Positions 1 through 13,035 of a stretch of 64,000 nt of DNA are shown here, in pieces. A program made the translations under genes and the position numbers. The DNA comes from Podarcis muralis (Eukaryota), in NCBI RefSeq assembly GCF_964188315.1, contig NC_135664.1, positions 51,646,001 through 51,710,000 of the forward strand, written 5' to 3'. The notes beneath the pieces are model-generated. The model was not told the origin of the DNA and ran no database searches. It worked only from the letters and a program-made list of their open reading frames with translations. Numbering within the stretch: the first letter of the stretch is position 1; each line of letters opens with the position of its first letter.

Positions 1-530
1 ACACCTCACCATGGTTTACAAAAAGATAAATAAAATTCTTTAAAACAACAAAACATTAAAATACTAAAACAGATTAAAATTCACACCAGCATTTCTAAGC
101 ATCTCAGTAGCCCTGCCTAAATAAGAATGTTTTTAGTAGGCGCCAAAAAGAATACAAAGAAAATGCCTGCTAGATATCAATAAGCAGGGAGTGCAGGTGC
201 TGCCACACTAAACAATTGAGTTCTCACAAATGTGGAATGGGTATTTTGTGGCACCTATACTAGTGCCAATTCCGCTGATTGAAGCAGTCAAGTGGGCACA
301 TGTGGGGTAAGGCAATCTCGTAAGTAAACTGGTTCCAAGTTATTAAGGGTTTTGTATAATAACAGCAACACCTTGAACTTGGCCCAGTAGCAGACAGGCA
401 ACCAGTTGAACAGCCACAATTTAACAACTCATTTTTAGAGGACTTCTATTATGTACACTACAAGTCTGATATTATGACCTGAGTGCTCTTAGCCCATATA
501 ATCAGAGATGAAGCTATAGGAGATATTTAT
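1..530 (-). mobile_element. Degraded L2-type LINE 3' fragment (approximate)
   Basis: Reverse complement of about 360-410 encodes NWLPVCYWAKFKVLL, the same ORF2 motif as the L2 copy at 16.3-16.7 kb. Confidence 0.55.
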
Positions 531-1079
531 GTAACACCTATCTTATTTGCAAACATAGTACTTCAGTCAAGTGGAAGTTGTTCTTATTCAACAGTAGTGA
601 TGGTCTGTATGCAGTCTTAAGTGTCAAAAGTGACCTATAAACTGTATAGCAACCATACAACTTTATGAATTTATTAAAATGTAAATTAACAATTTTAAAG
701 AACAGTTCTAAAATTATCACCCAAGTCTGATCAAAATTACCTCATTTCAAATAAACAGTGCCAACCTCAAAAAGTGGTTCTTTTCTAGAGCAGAGGCAGA
801 GATGCCCATAGCTGCTGGATCCTAGATTCTCATTCCCAGCCCCATTTGCCCCCCAAACTTCCATTATAAGCTCTAATTTTTGAATGGTGAAAGCTACTAT
901 TCATAACTTATAGTTCTTAGATATCTTGTGCTATGAAAAATATTATTATGCACTTATTATTCATTTGCAATTTTTATATCCTGCCTCTTCTTCCAAGAAG
1001 CACATGCTTCAAGATGCAGCACACAGACAGCTGTATCTAATGCTGTACCAGTAAAGATCTGTTTATGCAACAGGACTCT

Positions 1080-1320
1080 CTTCTGCTCCTCCCCACCCCC
1101 ACCCCAAATCTGCTCCAGAAGGTCCCCAATGCACAGGAGCAGATTTTGAAGATGTGCAGGGTACTGGTTCCTCCCTCCATATTATCCTCACTACAATCAT
1201 GTGAGACAGGTTAGGCTGCGAGACAGTGATTGGCCCAGGGTCCACAAGTGAACTTATTGGCTGTAAGAATTTGATCCCCCACTCCATCTTGATCTGATTC
1301 TCAACTTCAGATCACACTGG
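1080..1320 (-). mobile_element. Degraded tRNA/MIR-like SINE (approximate)
   Basis: Contains the CORE-SINE-like segment cctcactacaatcatgtgagacaggttaggctgcgagacagtgattggcccagggtc. Confidence 0.45.
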
Positions 1321-2184
1321 TTCTTTGTTTGTGAATCTAGAGGGCCAAAATAAGCAAACAAAAAATACACAACTAATTATTAGCTTTTCTGTTCACCTAA
1401 TGCAGATGAAAGGAAGATGCTGCCACTACTGACAATCCCTTCTGAGATTCTAGAAGTATTTTCTACCCTGCTCTTACATCTACCTTTTCAACTTTTACAG
1501 AGTAGACAAATGCTACATTGAAAGCTGATCAAAGCATTCCTCTGCTGATCAACCAAAGATTTTCAAATAAGTATGTATCTGTTTTTGTTACTCTGTGTGT
1601 ACATCCATGCATACACTTACAGTGTAGCGCAATGACTAGAGTCTGGATGTGTGAAATCCAGAATCAAATCTCCTCACAAGCTACAGATACAAACATATAA
1701 TCTCTCAGCCTCAGCTACTTCTTTCAGAATTGTTTTAAGGTTAAAATGCCATTTTCACTTTCCCAGAGGAAAAGGCAAGCTATTAACGTAACATATTCAA
1801 CTACTTCCTTGCACATAATCAGAATTACATTGTTCTATTTAAAATGTCTAAGTACTTTGTATGAAAACTCAATATACAGACACACTGAATAATTTGTAAT
1901 ACCAGTTTATCAAGTTAGAATTAAATGAAACAATACTATGCATGCTTTAAGAAAAATGATAATCAATCTAAGTGTGCAAAGGAGGCCTAAATGGAAAGAG
2001 AAACTCTTGAGAACAGAACATATACAATTTAATCTTCCAAGTCCCCAACAGATTGGGGAAAGGGAGTGGGGAAGAGAAAGATACCCAGTATAACAAACCC
2101 TTAATATTTCTCTCCATCTGTGTTAGCTTTTAATTCATTTCCTTATATGATTTCTAAAGGATTGTTTCAATATGAATCAACAGA

Positions 2185-2262
2185 AAGGGCTTCTTAAATA
2201 GGTCGTTGCTCTAGCAACCAGCAGCCTGTTTGGACTACTCCCGTCACAATGACCTACTTTAA
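2185..2262 (-). promoter_or_regulatory. CRY1 intron-1 tandem RRE (ROR/REV-ERB) enhancer
   Basis: Minus strand reads AAAGTAGGTCATTGTGACGGGAGTAGTCCAAACAGGCTGCTGGTTGCTAGAGCAACGACCTATTTAAGAAGCC. Perfect RRE (WAWNTRGGTCA) at 2250-2260. Oppositely oriented near-RRE TAAATAGGTCG at 2195-2205. Closely resembles the mouse Cry1 intronic RRE enhancer as I recall it. Confidence 0.85.
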
Positions 2263-3489
2263 GGATCATGCTACAACACAGTTTCATAACTAGAATTTCA
2301 AGTTAATCACTGCAATGTTTTGAAGAGATCACACTGCATTACCAGCCAGAAATAAATCAGACATTTGATGAAACAGAAAAAGGGTACCACAGCTGCCATA
2401 ATTTGCAGAAAAATTACATCTCTGAACACACAATATTCAAATTTCAAAAAGACTTATTTTAAAATTACCACTGTGCTATGAAAGGTGTAAGAAATAGTAT
2501 AAGAAAGCCTTCCACAATATGAAAGAATATAATACAGTGTAAGGAAGCCAACCAATCTAGTTTTCTTCCATTCTCCCAAATGCATGTGATCAAAACTAGT
2601 ATCACAAATAGTAATTTTTACCGTTTATAGGCAGCAGTCAGAACAATATCTATGTAGGGCTACTGACCAAAGTGCTACAGTACAGACTAAAGAAGTTCTT
2701 CCATTCTTATGGCATAATGGATCAAAGTGCCCAACAAAACTATAGTTCAGATTTTCTATCATGAAAGTTCTAGGACTCCAAAACTTTGCTCAGAAGTCTG
2801 GATGCACAGAAGGTAAACCTGAATATTGAAAGTCAACATATATAAAGCAGTGGTGTCCAATCTTTTTTCAAAGAGGGCCAGATTTGATGGAGTGAAAGGC
2901 CGGATTAGGCACCTGAAACGAACTTTGGATGCACCTGATATAAAGAGTAGGCAATACCCACTTAAGACATACTAATGCTTACCTACTGAAATGTATGACT
3001 AACATGGAATTTCACCTTTTTTTTATTTTGAAAAAAATGGGGGGGAGGCTCACCTTGTGAATTAAGATGTTTTTATTGCTTCTCGTTAGTTTTTCAATTT
3101 TCAAAAAATGTTAATTTTATTACCTATTAATTACCTCTTTTTGGATCTGATACAATTGGGGTGGGGGAGTCTATCAACTGAGCTAGGAAATCCACTTCCA
3201 CCAAAATTCCCTCAGCTTCTCTAAGGCAGTGTCACAAAATCACTTTGGTGTGTGTAAGAAACACTCATTTTTGTACACTATCTACATAAATTTCTGTAGT
3301 TAGCATCTAGTTACAATATTACATATTTCAGTTCTGACAAAACACTATTTTTTGAACCTGGGAAAATATGAATCACCACTAGATAGAATGTAATTATAAC
3401 ATAGAATTTAGGTGAGTAAGCATAATGGGCATTTATAGCACAGATGGTGGGACAAGGAGTGCCTTTTACCAAGTTCAGCTGGTGTACCA

Positions 3490-3870
3490 GCAGCAGCCCT
3501 ACTTAGATTAAACAGATCTTGAATCAGTTAGTGATGTCCTGGTTAAATCCAGACTGACTACTGCAAAGCATTCCATGTGGGGCTGCCTCTGGAGATACTT
3601 CAGAAACTTCACCTAGGGTAAAATGCCATTGCCCAAATGTTGGTTGGATGAGGTTGGATGAGGTGCTCAGAGCATATAACTAGAATAGTTTAACAGCTGC
3701 AATGGTTGCCAGTTCATTTTTAGGTCCAATTCAAAGTGATGGTTATGACCTTTGGTTTGGTTATGGTTTGGGACTGGGATACTTGAAGGAATACTAGGGA
3801 TACTAGGAAGCTGCCTAGATCTTAAGATCAGCCTTGGAGGCTGTGGGTACAATTAGCCTGGCAGACATAT
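3490..3870 (+). mobile_element. Degraded L2 LINE ORF2 fragment (approximate)
   Basis: Segments ccagactgactactgcaaagcattccatgtggggctgcct (RLDYCN-like) and ctgcaatggttgccagttcatttttaggtccaattcaaagtg (LHWLPV...QFKV-like). Confidence 0.5.
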
Positions 3871-3988
3871 AAGATAGGATTTTTGGTGGCAGTCCATCTA
3901 TACAACTTCCTTCTCTGACAGCTGTTCAGATTTGTTTTAGACAGATCCTACAAACTACATTTCCAATTGGTTAAGCTGGTATCCTATA

Positions 3989-4716
3989 CAGTGGTATCTC
4001 GGGTTACAGACGCTTCAGGTTACAGACTCCATTAACCCAGAAATAGTACCTTGGGTTAAGAACTTTGCTTCAGGATGAGAACAGAAATCGTGCTCCGGCA
4101 GCACGGTGGCAGCAGAAGGCCCCATTAGCTAAAGTGGTCTTCAGGTTAAGAACAGTTTCAGGTTAAGAACGGACCTCCGGAACGAATTAAGTACCGTATT
4201 TTTCGCCCTATAGGGCGCACCAGCCCATAGGGCGCACCTAGTTGTTGTTTTTTTTTGGGGGGGGGGGGAATAAAGAAAAAAAAATATTCCCCCCCCCCAG
4301 ACGTGGGGCTGGGGCAGGGGAAGCCCAAGCTTCCCCTGACCCCAGCCCCCAGAAGAGGCTGCTATCCACAAGCCTTGGGAGTCCGGCGGGAACTCCCGCC
4401 AGTCTCCCCAGGCTTGCGGATATCTGCCCGAAGCCCGGGGCACTCTCCGCTGCACTCCCGGGGTTTCGGGCTGCAGGCTGCTGTCCGCAAGCCTTGGGAG
4501 CCCGGCAGGAACTCCCGCGGGCTCCCAAGGCTTGCGGATAGCTTCCTGAAGCCTGGAGAGCGAGAGGAGTCGGTGCGCACCGACCCCTCTCTCCAGGCTT
4601 CAGCGAAAGCCTGCATTCGCCCCATAGGATGCACACACATTTCCCCTTCATTTTTGGAGGGGGAAAAGTGCGTCCTATAGGGCGAAAAATACGGTACTTA
4701 ACCTGAGGTACCACTG
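3989..4716. mobile_element. Tigger/mariner-type MITE (CAGTGGTA..TACCACTG, TA TSD), interrupted by a nested element
   Basis: TIRs at 3989 and 4716 with flanking TA. The same family occurs uninterrupted at 17343, 30723 and 33344. Confidence 0.85.
4194..4694. mobile_element. Tc2/pogo-like non-autonomous DNA transposon nested in the MITE above
   Basis: TIR CCGTATTTTTCGCCCTATAGG at the left end and CCTATAGGGCGAAAAATACGG at the right end. TA at 4192-4193 and 4695-4696. GC-rich internal repeats generate the overlapping spurious ORFs at 4141-4747. Confidence 0.88.
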
Positions 4717-6486
4717 TACTAAGAGTGAGGGGGTGGCTGTAATACATATGGTTATATCATCTGCTGTTGGCTTGTTTTTATTTAGTAATATCAACATTGT
4801 ATTGATTTCAATTCTGTAAGTAACAATGTTGCATTATTGCTGTCACCTTTTATTTTAAGTATAAATTGCCTTGGAAGGATCCATGATCCTGAAAAGCAGA
4901 ACTGATATTGCTTCAATGAATGAGAATTAAACTAGTGAGAACATTTACTCTAGTAATGCAATTAAAAGCAAACACAAAAACTAAAGTTAAAATCTTCCAT
5001 ATTTGGATTCCCATTAATGAAAATTAAAATGCTATTTAAGAATGTCCATTGCAATGAGAAATAACAGTAGAAAGAACTCATGGAAGAAAAAGTGTTGTGA
5101 AGTCTGTTTACCGTACATGTGCTTATCATAAATAGAATTTATGCCGGATAAACAGGTAAAGGTTTCTAGGACAGACTCTTCCATCATCTATATATCACAT
5201 TGAATATAGCAGGTACACACATTTGCTCATTGCAAGGAAAGTCCATTGTGTCACTATCATTGTACAAACTATGCTGTATTTATACATAACTGAACAAACT
5301 GGTCTTCTCCGATATAACCAAATCTTTATATACTGCTTGACATTATTTAGTTCTCAAAACACTTGCTTCTTTAACAGATGACTCATTCAGTTAGTTATAC
5401 AACTGTACTGGTCTATGGTGTCTTAGCTGAAGTATTCAGGCAAATAAAGGACTAATGATGCTACTGTTTTTGTTCATTTTATCATCTTACACAGAAGCCA
5501 TTTTTCTTTTTTTTAAAGTGATATCCCAGACAGCAGTATCAAACTGTCCTATGAAGTGCTTTAATATGCTTCAGAATGTCAGTCCTATAGTTTCAAAAGC
5601 TCTCGTCAGCATTCACCATGTATAAGGTTGATAAAGTATGATGTTCTAAAATAATTCCTTTTGATTTCAACAGGCTTATTTCACTCTTTTGTTGATCAAC
5701 TAAACATTTATTTACATTTTTGGTCCAGAAATAAAGTCAGATAGAACTCTGCATAAAATTAAATCCCAACTTAAGAGACAAAATAATTTCTAAAAGGCAG
5801 CACCTTAGTTAATTACCAAGAGAAAGAGAAAACTACCTACCTACATTCTACCTCCCAGAATCTGTTTCTTGAAGGGACAGTTATGTAGCTTGGGTACCAG
5901 GAGAACAGAGTTTACAAGTGCAACAGCACCATGACTGACTGTCCTCTCTTGCCCAAGCTGGAAGTAGTGCTTGTATGCACTGTTAGTCTGACCTCCATGG
6001 CCTGTAGTTATATAGTGGTTATGATTACAATCACCCACCACTCCCTCACCAACAACTGGAGAGGAGCAGTGACCAGGTCAACTGCAAAGCAGGTTAAACT
6101 CTCATTACCATCTTCCTGCTTTGCTTTTTACCTTTCTCCCCATGAAGGGAGAGGAAACATGCCAGATCATCCCTGGAAGACACTGGACCCACCCACCAAT
6201 TTCTAAGTATGATACCATACTTCTAGTGGAGTAGAGGTTAAAATGGGGAGGAGGGTGTTGTTTTTATGTGAATGATTTTTGGACTGGGGAAGCTTGAGGT
6301 TTTGTTTATTTGCTAATTAATGGGTCTGAGTATGGCTTTGTTATTTGAGTATTGTTAATGCTGTTTGCTACCCCTCCCAGATGTTATGTTATATGAAATA
6401 TTGATGTCTTATATGATTTCCCTCTTATGGTATTATGTATTGTATATCTTTTTTTGCTGTAAGTAGCTTAGGTTTAGTTGTGACAG

Positions 6487-6797
6487 ACTCTGGGGTTGTG
6501 GTGCTCATCTCGCTTTATTGGCCGAGGGAGATAGCGTACAGCTTCCGGGTCATGTGGCCAGCATGACTAAGCCGCTTCTGGCAAACCAGAGCAGCGCACG
6601 GAAATGCCGTTTACCTTCCTGCCGGAGCGGTACCTATTTATCTACTTGCACTTTGACGTGCTTTCGAACTGCTAGGTTGGCAGGAGCAGGGACTGAGCAA
6701 CGGGAGCTCACCCCGTTGCGGGGATTCGACCCGCCAACCTTCTGATCGACAAGTCCTAGGTTCTGTGGTTTAACCCACAGCGCCACCCGCGCCCCTC
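6487..6797 (-). mobile_element. Sauria SINE
   Basis: Reverse complement begins GGGCGCGGGTGGCGCTGTGGGTTAAACCACAG...GGCGGGTCGAATCCC (tRNA A/B boxes), followed by the characteristic Sauria body (gggtcatgtggccagcatgact, tacctatttatctacttgcac). Confidence 0.9.
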
Positions 6798-9112
6798 GAC
6801 CTTTGGGTAGCAAGTGACTAATAAATGGGGGGGGGGGAGATGGAAATTTGCCCGAAGCCTAGAGAGTGAATCACAAGGAGAATTTCTTAGAATTTTAGGG
6901 ATTCCTTCAGTTACTATAATCTGAAGCACATAATGACCTTTTTGCTGATGCCTAGTCAATATGAAAGTAAAGTAAACCAGTGCCACCAGACAGAAACAGA
7001 GTTATGATTTTTTCTCAAATTTGTTTTATATTTTTCTAAACCACTTTAATATTTTTTCCCAATCAAGTGGTATATGTATGTATGTATGCATGTATAAATA
7101 AATAAATAAATAAATGCAGAGAAGGCCTAACAACAGGCTATTCCACAGGTGACCACACATACTTGTAAGTAAAAAGCTTATACCTATTAAATCTGTGGTT
7201 ATTGAATACTGTTCCACATTTAAACAGTTTTACTTGTAGACTATTTTAAGAGTGCTGAAAGCAATTTAAGATAAGGGTTAAAACACTAGAGATAAAAATG
7301 TAGGAAGCAAATAACACAAGACAGACTTCAATCCTCATTTGGTATTCTGGCTTGTTAGCAATCTATAGTGTGTGAACAAACAACTCCTTGCCAGTTTGGG
7401 TGCAGCAACAAACAATATGTTGCTAACCAGTAATACAAGCTTATATCATTTCTCATGGAGTAAAAAGGGAAAGAGGTTGGCAAGTGGGCCTGCAGTTCAT
7501 GTCAGCTCATTCATATTCAGACTATAGCATGTTGTTACACTGGGCCAGTACGCAAATTTAGAGCCATATTGAACAATTCTTCCCTCCCAAAACAGCCTTG
7601 TCTACATGCAATACAGGAATAACCCTAGGCTACAATTCATGGTTAGTGAGGAGAGTGCTTAACCACAGCACTGGATTAAAACTGCTAGCTAAGTCAAACT
7701 TTTGCTTAGCTCACCATGGGACTATTCAAGACTGGGGAGGAGCAATGCAGTTTAGAGCTTCTCTCCAGGAGCCCATACAACTCCAGGAAGTCAGTCTGGC
7801 TTACCATGTCATGGAAACCAGGCCAGTGTGGCATTTCCTTGTGGGGACTATACTCCAGCCTCCTAATCATTTTGATCTTCCCTATCCTTTCAGTTCTTGA
7901 TTGTCTAAAAAAATGTTAGCAGGGCAGAAGCTTGTTTGATAATTTGATAGTGCTTTCTACCAATTTATACAGAACTGTTGTTATAATTAGCTGGTAACTT
8001 CCTGGATGTTCAATTAGCTACTTTCCAGCCCTCTAGTATAGAAGCTAATGTTAGGAACAAGTTATACATTATTGTAAGAAGATCAGCAATTTTACATTTG
8101 GGTTCCTTAAGAACTCAAGTGGATTTATTGCCCCAGTGATCTGTCAGTTAGTACTAGAACTCTCTCTCCAAGCTCTCCATCTTTCCCTAGCACACCTTTC
8201 CATCTCTAATCAGGATCCAAACATGTCTTGGACAGTTTCTGTTTCCAACATATTCAAACATATCAGTTTTTATTGTTTTAGGCTTCAACCCTATAGCCAG
8301 TTTCAATGGGACTCACTTTTGAGCAGACACATGTAGGATTGTGCTACTAATGTATCTAACAATATACTCAATTCCTTCCCTCTTTTGCATAATCTTTTGC
8401 TTCTTTTTGCTTTCATGTTCTCTTATTCATTTTTTTTTTGGGGGGGGGTGCCTTCTTGCCCCTGAATCTGTAGCATATGTTCTAGTTGACCTTCTATTGC
8501 CATGGCTTTAAATAACCTCCAAGATTTAAAAAAGAGATGTGATATCTCCCTGTCATACTCATTTTTAAAATAAGTTTACTTTTCAAAGTCAAATGTGACT
8601 GTTTTGAACTGTGTACACACTATAGTTTTAAAGAATTTCTACCGGCAATTTCCCAGTTACATGTATATTGAATTTCATATTAGCAACACTTACATTGCTC
8701 TAGGTCCTGGTCAACACAATTAATTCCAGCTCCATGCCCCATTCATTCCCTAGCCAACTGTTTTTAAAAGCAGTCATTTAGGGTATCTAGAAATGTTGTC
8801 TCTTTGTCATTATATAACTCCATGCAATATCACCCACTATTAACACTTTGGATCCCTCTGATTTATTTCTCCATTTCAAGTGCAACTTGATTGGGGGTTG
8901 GAGCATGATAATATGTGTACATTATGACATTATTTTTCAAACCCTGCTTCTGTGGAGGAGTCTGCACCTTTTCTAGATTGGCTTCTACGCCCTCCTTGAC
9001 ATGCAGTGCTACACCACCCTTAAGACACATTTCTTCACTCTGTGTATTCAGGAGAGCCCTGAATGATTATCCCCATTCCACCAGATTCCTCTTATACCCA
9101 CTATATTTACAC

Positions 9113-9255
9113 AAGAACGTAAGAACAGCCCTGCTGGATCAGGCCAGTGAGCCACCTAGTCCAGCATCCTGTTCTCACAGTGGCCATCCTGATGCATACG
9201 GAAGCCTGCAAGTAGGACCTGAGCAGAACAGCACTCTTTCCTCCTGAGGATTCCA
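9113..9255 (-). mobile_element. CR1 LINE 3' end fragment
   Basis: aagaacgtaagaacagccctgctggatcaggccagtgagccacctagtccagcatcctg is a typical squamate CR1 3' terminus in reverse. Confidence 0.65.
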
Positions 9256-9514
9256 GGAACTAGATCCTATTTGCCTTACAAGGGGATTTTCAGGGGGAGT
9301 AGGGAAGCCATTCATTTAACGTATTGTCATCAAAATATTGTGAATATACTCCCTGCTCTACACCAGAATTATGCACCCATTTCAGAAAACATGGGCTAAA
9401 ACACAACATGACTCTTGCAGAGGGAAATGAATTAAAAACATGTTTGAAAGATTATTGTTCCAAATGCAAAAAATAAAATTACATATCTGATCAATTTTAA
9501 CATTTATTTATTTA

Positions 9515-9714
9515 CAGTGGTCTGTTCTTAAGCCGAAACCGTTCTCAACCTGAGGCGTGCTTTCGCTAATGGGGCATCCTGCTGCAGCCGTGCCACGACT
9601 TCCGCCTGCATCCTGGGGGAAAGTTCACTACCAGGAGCATCTACTTCCAGGTTAGTGGAACTCATTACCCCAAGTGTTCATAAGGAGGACGGTACGTAAC
9701 CCGAGGTTCCACTG
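9515..9714. mobile_element. Degraded Tigger-type MITE
   Basis: Ends ta-cagtgg and ccgaggttccactg-ta. Interior resembles the 3989/17343 family in reverse orientation. Confidence 0.7.
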
Positions 9715-11676
9715 TAATTTTAAAACATGTCTACAAATGATTATATTGCCCAGAACAAGGCATACACACACTTCCAAGAAGACTAATTTAAGTAATACAG
9801 CAGTAGCAGTTATGTTTGTTTGCTACTACACAAAGTTACAATACTGTATATTGTATTTATGTAGTGGAACCTTTCAGTTCTCAACTCATTCTTAATTCAT
9901 ATTTACAGCACCCGCTGCAAATGATCCCCCCCCCTTCATTTTACAAATGGGCAAGTCACTGAATCTGTGGCTAGCTGAGACAGAAGTCCAGTGTTCTATT
10001 TAAGCTTTCCCAACCTGGTGCCCTCCAAATGATTAAAATTCCAACTCTCATCAGCCTCAATCAGCATGACACATTGTCTGGGATGATGAAACCTGAATCC
10101 AAAACATTTGGAGGGCAGCATGTTGAAGAAAGGCTGTTCTATCTACTCGCTCGAGTTACTCTGTCACAATGAATTTCCTTAACTCAAATTATGAATGCCA
10201 CTACCAGTTAACTTTTATTTATTTATACTCCAACTTTCCTCAACTGCAGGACCCAAGGCAACATTCACAAGGCACTCAGTTTTGATGATGGTAATGCTTA
10301 CCTCGGGTATACAGTGACAAATCAAAGAGACAATAAAAGCATGTGAAGTTTTGTTGGTTAAAGGAAAAAAATCAAAAATCCACTATCAGGCAATACCTTT
10401 ATTAGAACCTCAAAAAAACTTAAGTCTTGTAAGCTAGCTAACTAAAGAATAAGACACTGAAGGCCCCTGGGACTAATGATAGAAATGGTCCCATGATATA
10501 TGTCTAACCAGCCCCCTAAGCATTTTAACAAGTGACTACAATATTATTTTCTTTTCAGAATTAAGTACACTTCTGGCCTAGATCTAAACTTTTAAAAAAT
10601 AACTGATAATCCCCGACCTATGAAGTCCTTTTGTTGTGGCTAATTGTTTAACCAATAACTGGTATTGCATTTTACCAGAGTTCAAGAACAAAAAAGAGAA
10701 TGCTTCACGTTGCCTTCATCTACTACCCCTGGCAATTAAAAAGTTTTGAAATGGTGAATATTGGTTTCTTTTTTGAAATATTGCCATGTATGACTCACTT
10801 CACTTAATATGTCTCAAAGTAGAGTTTTAAATTAATATACTATCTCAATGTTGATTTAATGCAAAACTTGAGAAATTCTAAAACTGTTCTGACTCCCATA
10901 ACAGCATCCAAATGAAAGCTAGCCACTAAATTCAAAGCAAGATTCACAGAAGTCTTACTACAACAACACATTACAGAATGAAGTACACAGGATCTGTCAC
11001 AAATATTCTGAGCCACTTTCGTATTGAACGAAAGAAAGGAGCTCAGTAACACCACGCAAGGCATCTGGCATGTCAGTATGACAGCAATAGACAAAATTCA
11101 TTCACAAGTGTACTATGCATTTTCCTCACATCTTACAGTTTTAAGCATCTCCACTAGTATTTCCTTGTGCCTACTATACAGTGTTGATATATTTTACCAA
11201 GTATTCATTCAATACCCTATTTTTTACTTCTAAAATCACAATTTTTAAAATGGTGAACAGATGACAACATACCTTTAGCAGCTTAAATCCAGACCCAAAA
11301 GAGGTCCTGGCAAAAATATTTACTATCTGCCATGACCAAAAAATTGCTACCAACCATACTGCATAGTAAGTAGCATAATATAAACTAGAAGACTAGACTC
11401 CTGTCCCTGCCCCCACACCAGTTCTACTTCAAGTAAAAGTTCCCCAGCAGCATTATGTACCAAGTTTTCTAGTTATCTGTGAATTAGCCATGGAACACAT
11501 GTGGATATCTAGCAGTTCTGGTTCACAATAAACTGGTTTAATTAGTTCAGAATGCAACTGACTAAGAAGCTTCCTTTGAAAGACCTGCACACTCCTTTCA
11601 GCGATTGATAATCCTCTTCATCTTTATTGTGTTCCACGAATGTCAAAGTAGTCCATATCATTTGTGTACCAGACAC

Positions 11677-11834
11677 CAGTGGCGTAGCGTGGGGGGTGCA
11701 GGGGGGGCCGGCCGCACCGGGCGCAACATCTGGGGTTAGGGCAAATCCACGGGTTAGGGGGCGCAAATCCACGGGTTAGGGGGCGCAAATTACTTGCCTT
11801 GCCCTGGGTGCTGACAACCCACGCTACGCCGCTG
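11677..11834. mobile_element. hAT MITE (158 bp) with 8-bp TSD
   Basis: TIRs CAGTGGCGTAGCGTGG and CCACGCTACGCCGCTG. TSD CCAGACAC at 11669-11676 and 11835-11842. Internal tandem gcaaatccacgggttaggg. Confidence 0.9.
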
Positions 11835-12877
11835 CCAGACACCAGTTTTGAACAGTGTTTATGTGACAAGAACTAACCTATTAAGTTTGAACTCACCAAA
11901 AAAAAGTTAGATACAGTTCGCAATGCCTAATTTTTCAGCACCATTTGGAACAGCTACATACAAACACACACGTTTCCCCAATGTTTTATTGATTCGAAGC
12001 AACTTTTAGCAGGCCTCTTAGCCTCACAATGTCTGTGGTTGGAAAATGAGCATAACACTGCTTGCGAAATATCCAAGTGAGGTTATGTCTTGCTTTGCAC
12101 AGCAACAGAAGGAACTGCAAGTGCAACTACCTCAGTGCTGCCAGCATAAGGAAGAGGCTGGAAAGGGCATAATTAGGAGTAGGTCATAGCTAGCAAGAGG
12201 AAGGTGAGCATCATGGCCACATTAAGGGCATTAAAGTGAAAGCTAAGACTCAAGATCACATCTTTAAAGCGGACAGTGACAAATATGTAATGGGTATAAC
12301 TTTTGGAGCCTTTCACAAATATCTGTTACCCTGTTCGGCTGGAGAACAGGAAACAGAGGGAAGATTTAGTGGGTTTTGCTTTGTTTTTTAATTGGGCCAG
12401 CTTTGTTTGTGTAAGTATTGAACTATACAATTTTTCTGAGTACCCAAAAATCCTTTTGACAACACCAACATGGGCTAGAATTTATTCATCGCTTTAAATC
12501 AGCACTCTTTTGCATGCAGTGAGAGAAGCGCAGTTGCTTAAGAAGTTAACGACGCAATCCGTTCCCATGGGAAATGGCAAGCTTTAAAAATCAAGTCATG
12601 CTGAGAACATAAGCGGGTGGCCGAAGTGCGCCGTCCTTTCATTAGCTCCGAGTGCCAGGACGTCAAGATTGATTTCACCGGCGTTACACAGTACCTGAAA
12701 CGGCGTTGTATAACCAGCAGCCAACGCGCGTGCGCAGACGACGCCCAAACCTCTCCCATTTCCTCCCCCCCCCCCTTTTCCCTACCCGCAACCGGGAACC
12801 TTCTGAATGGGGATTTATAAAAATCGACCGGCTAAATAAAAAAAGAGCCGCATCCTCGCGCCCACTCATTCACTGAC

Positions 12878-13035
12878 CTCCACCGGTTGATCCCCACGTT
12901 GGAGGAGCCCGCGAACCAGGGGTCCAGGATGTAGACGCAGCGCACCGTGTCGGCGCCTTGGATGACTTCCCTCAGCGCCGGGTTGTCGTGGAGCCGGAGC
13001 CCCTTGCGGAACCAGTGCACCGCGTTCACCCCCAT
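12878..13035 (-). CDS. CRY1: Cryptochrome-1, coding exon 1 (158 nt). Intron 1 runs off the left edge of the window.
   Basis: Translation [53 protein letters not shown] matches the vertebrate CRY1 N-terminus. ATG at 13035-13033. Donor TGGAG|gtcagt with GT at 12877-12876. No exon-2 sequence (FLLQCLEDLD...) was seen in 1-12877. Confidence 0.97.

Noticed and set aside
4141-4747. Cluster of overlapping 90-170 aa ORFs
   Set aside because: All lie in the GC-rich interior of the nested non-autonomous transposon. No transposase motifs are present.
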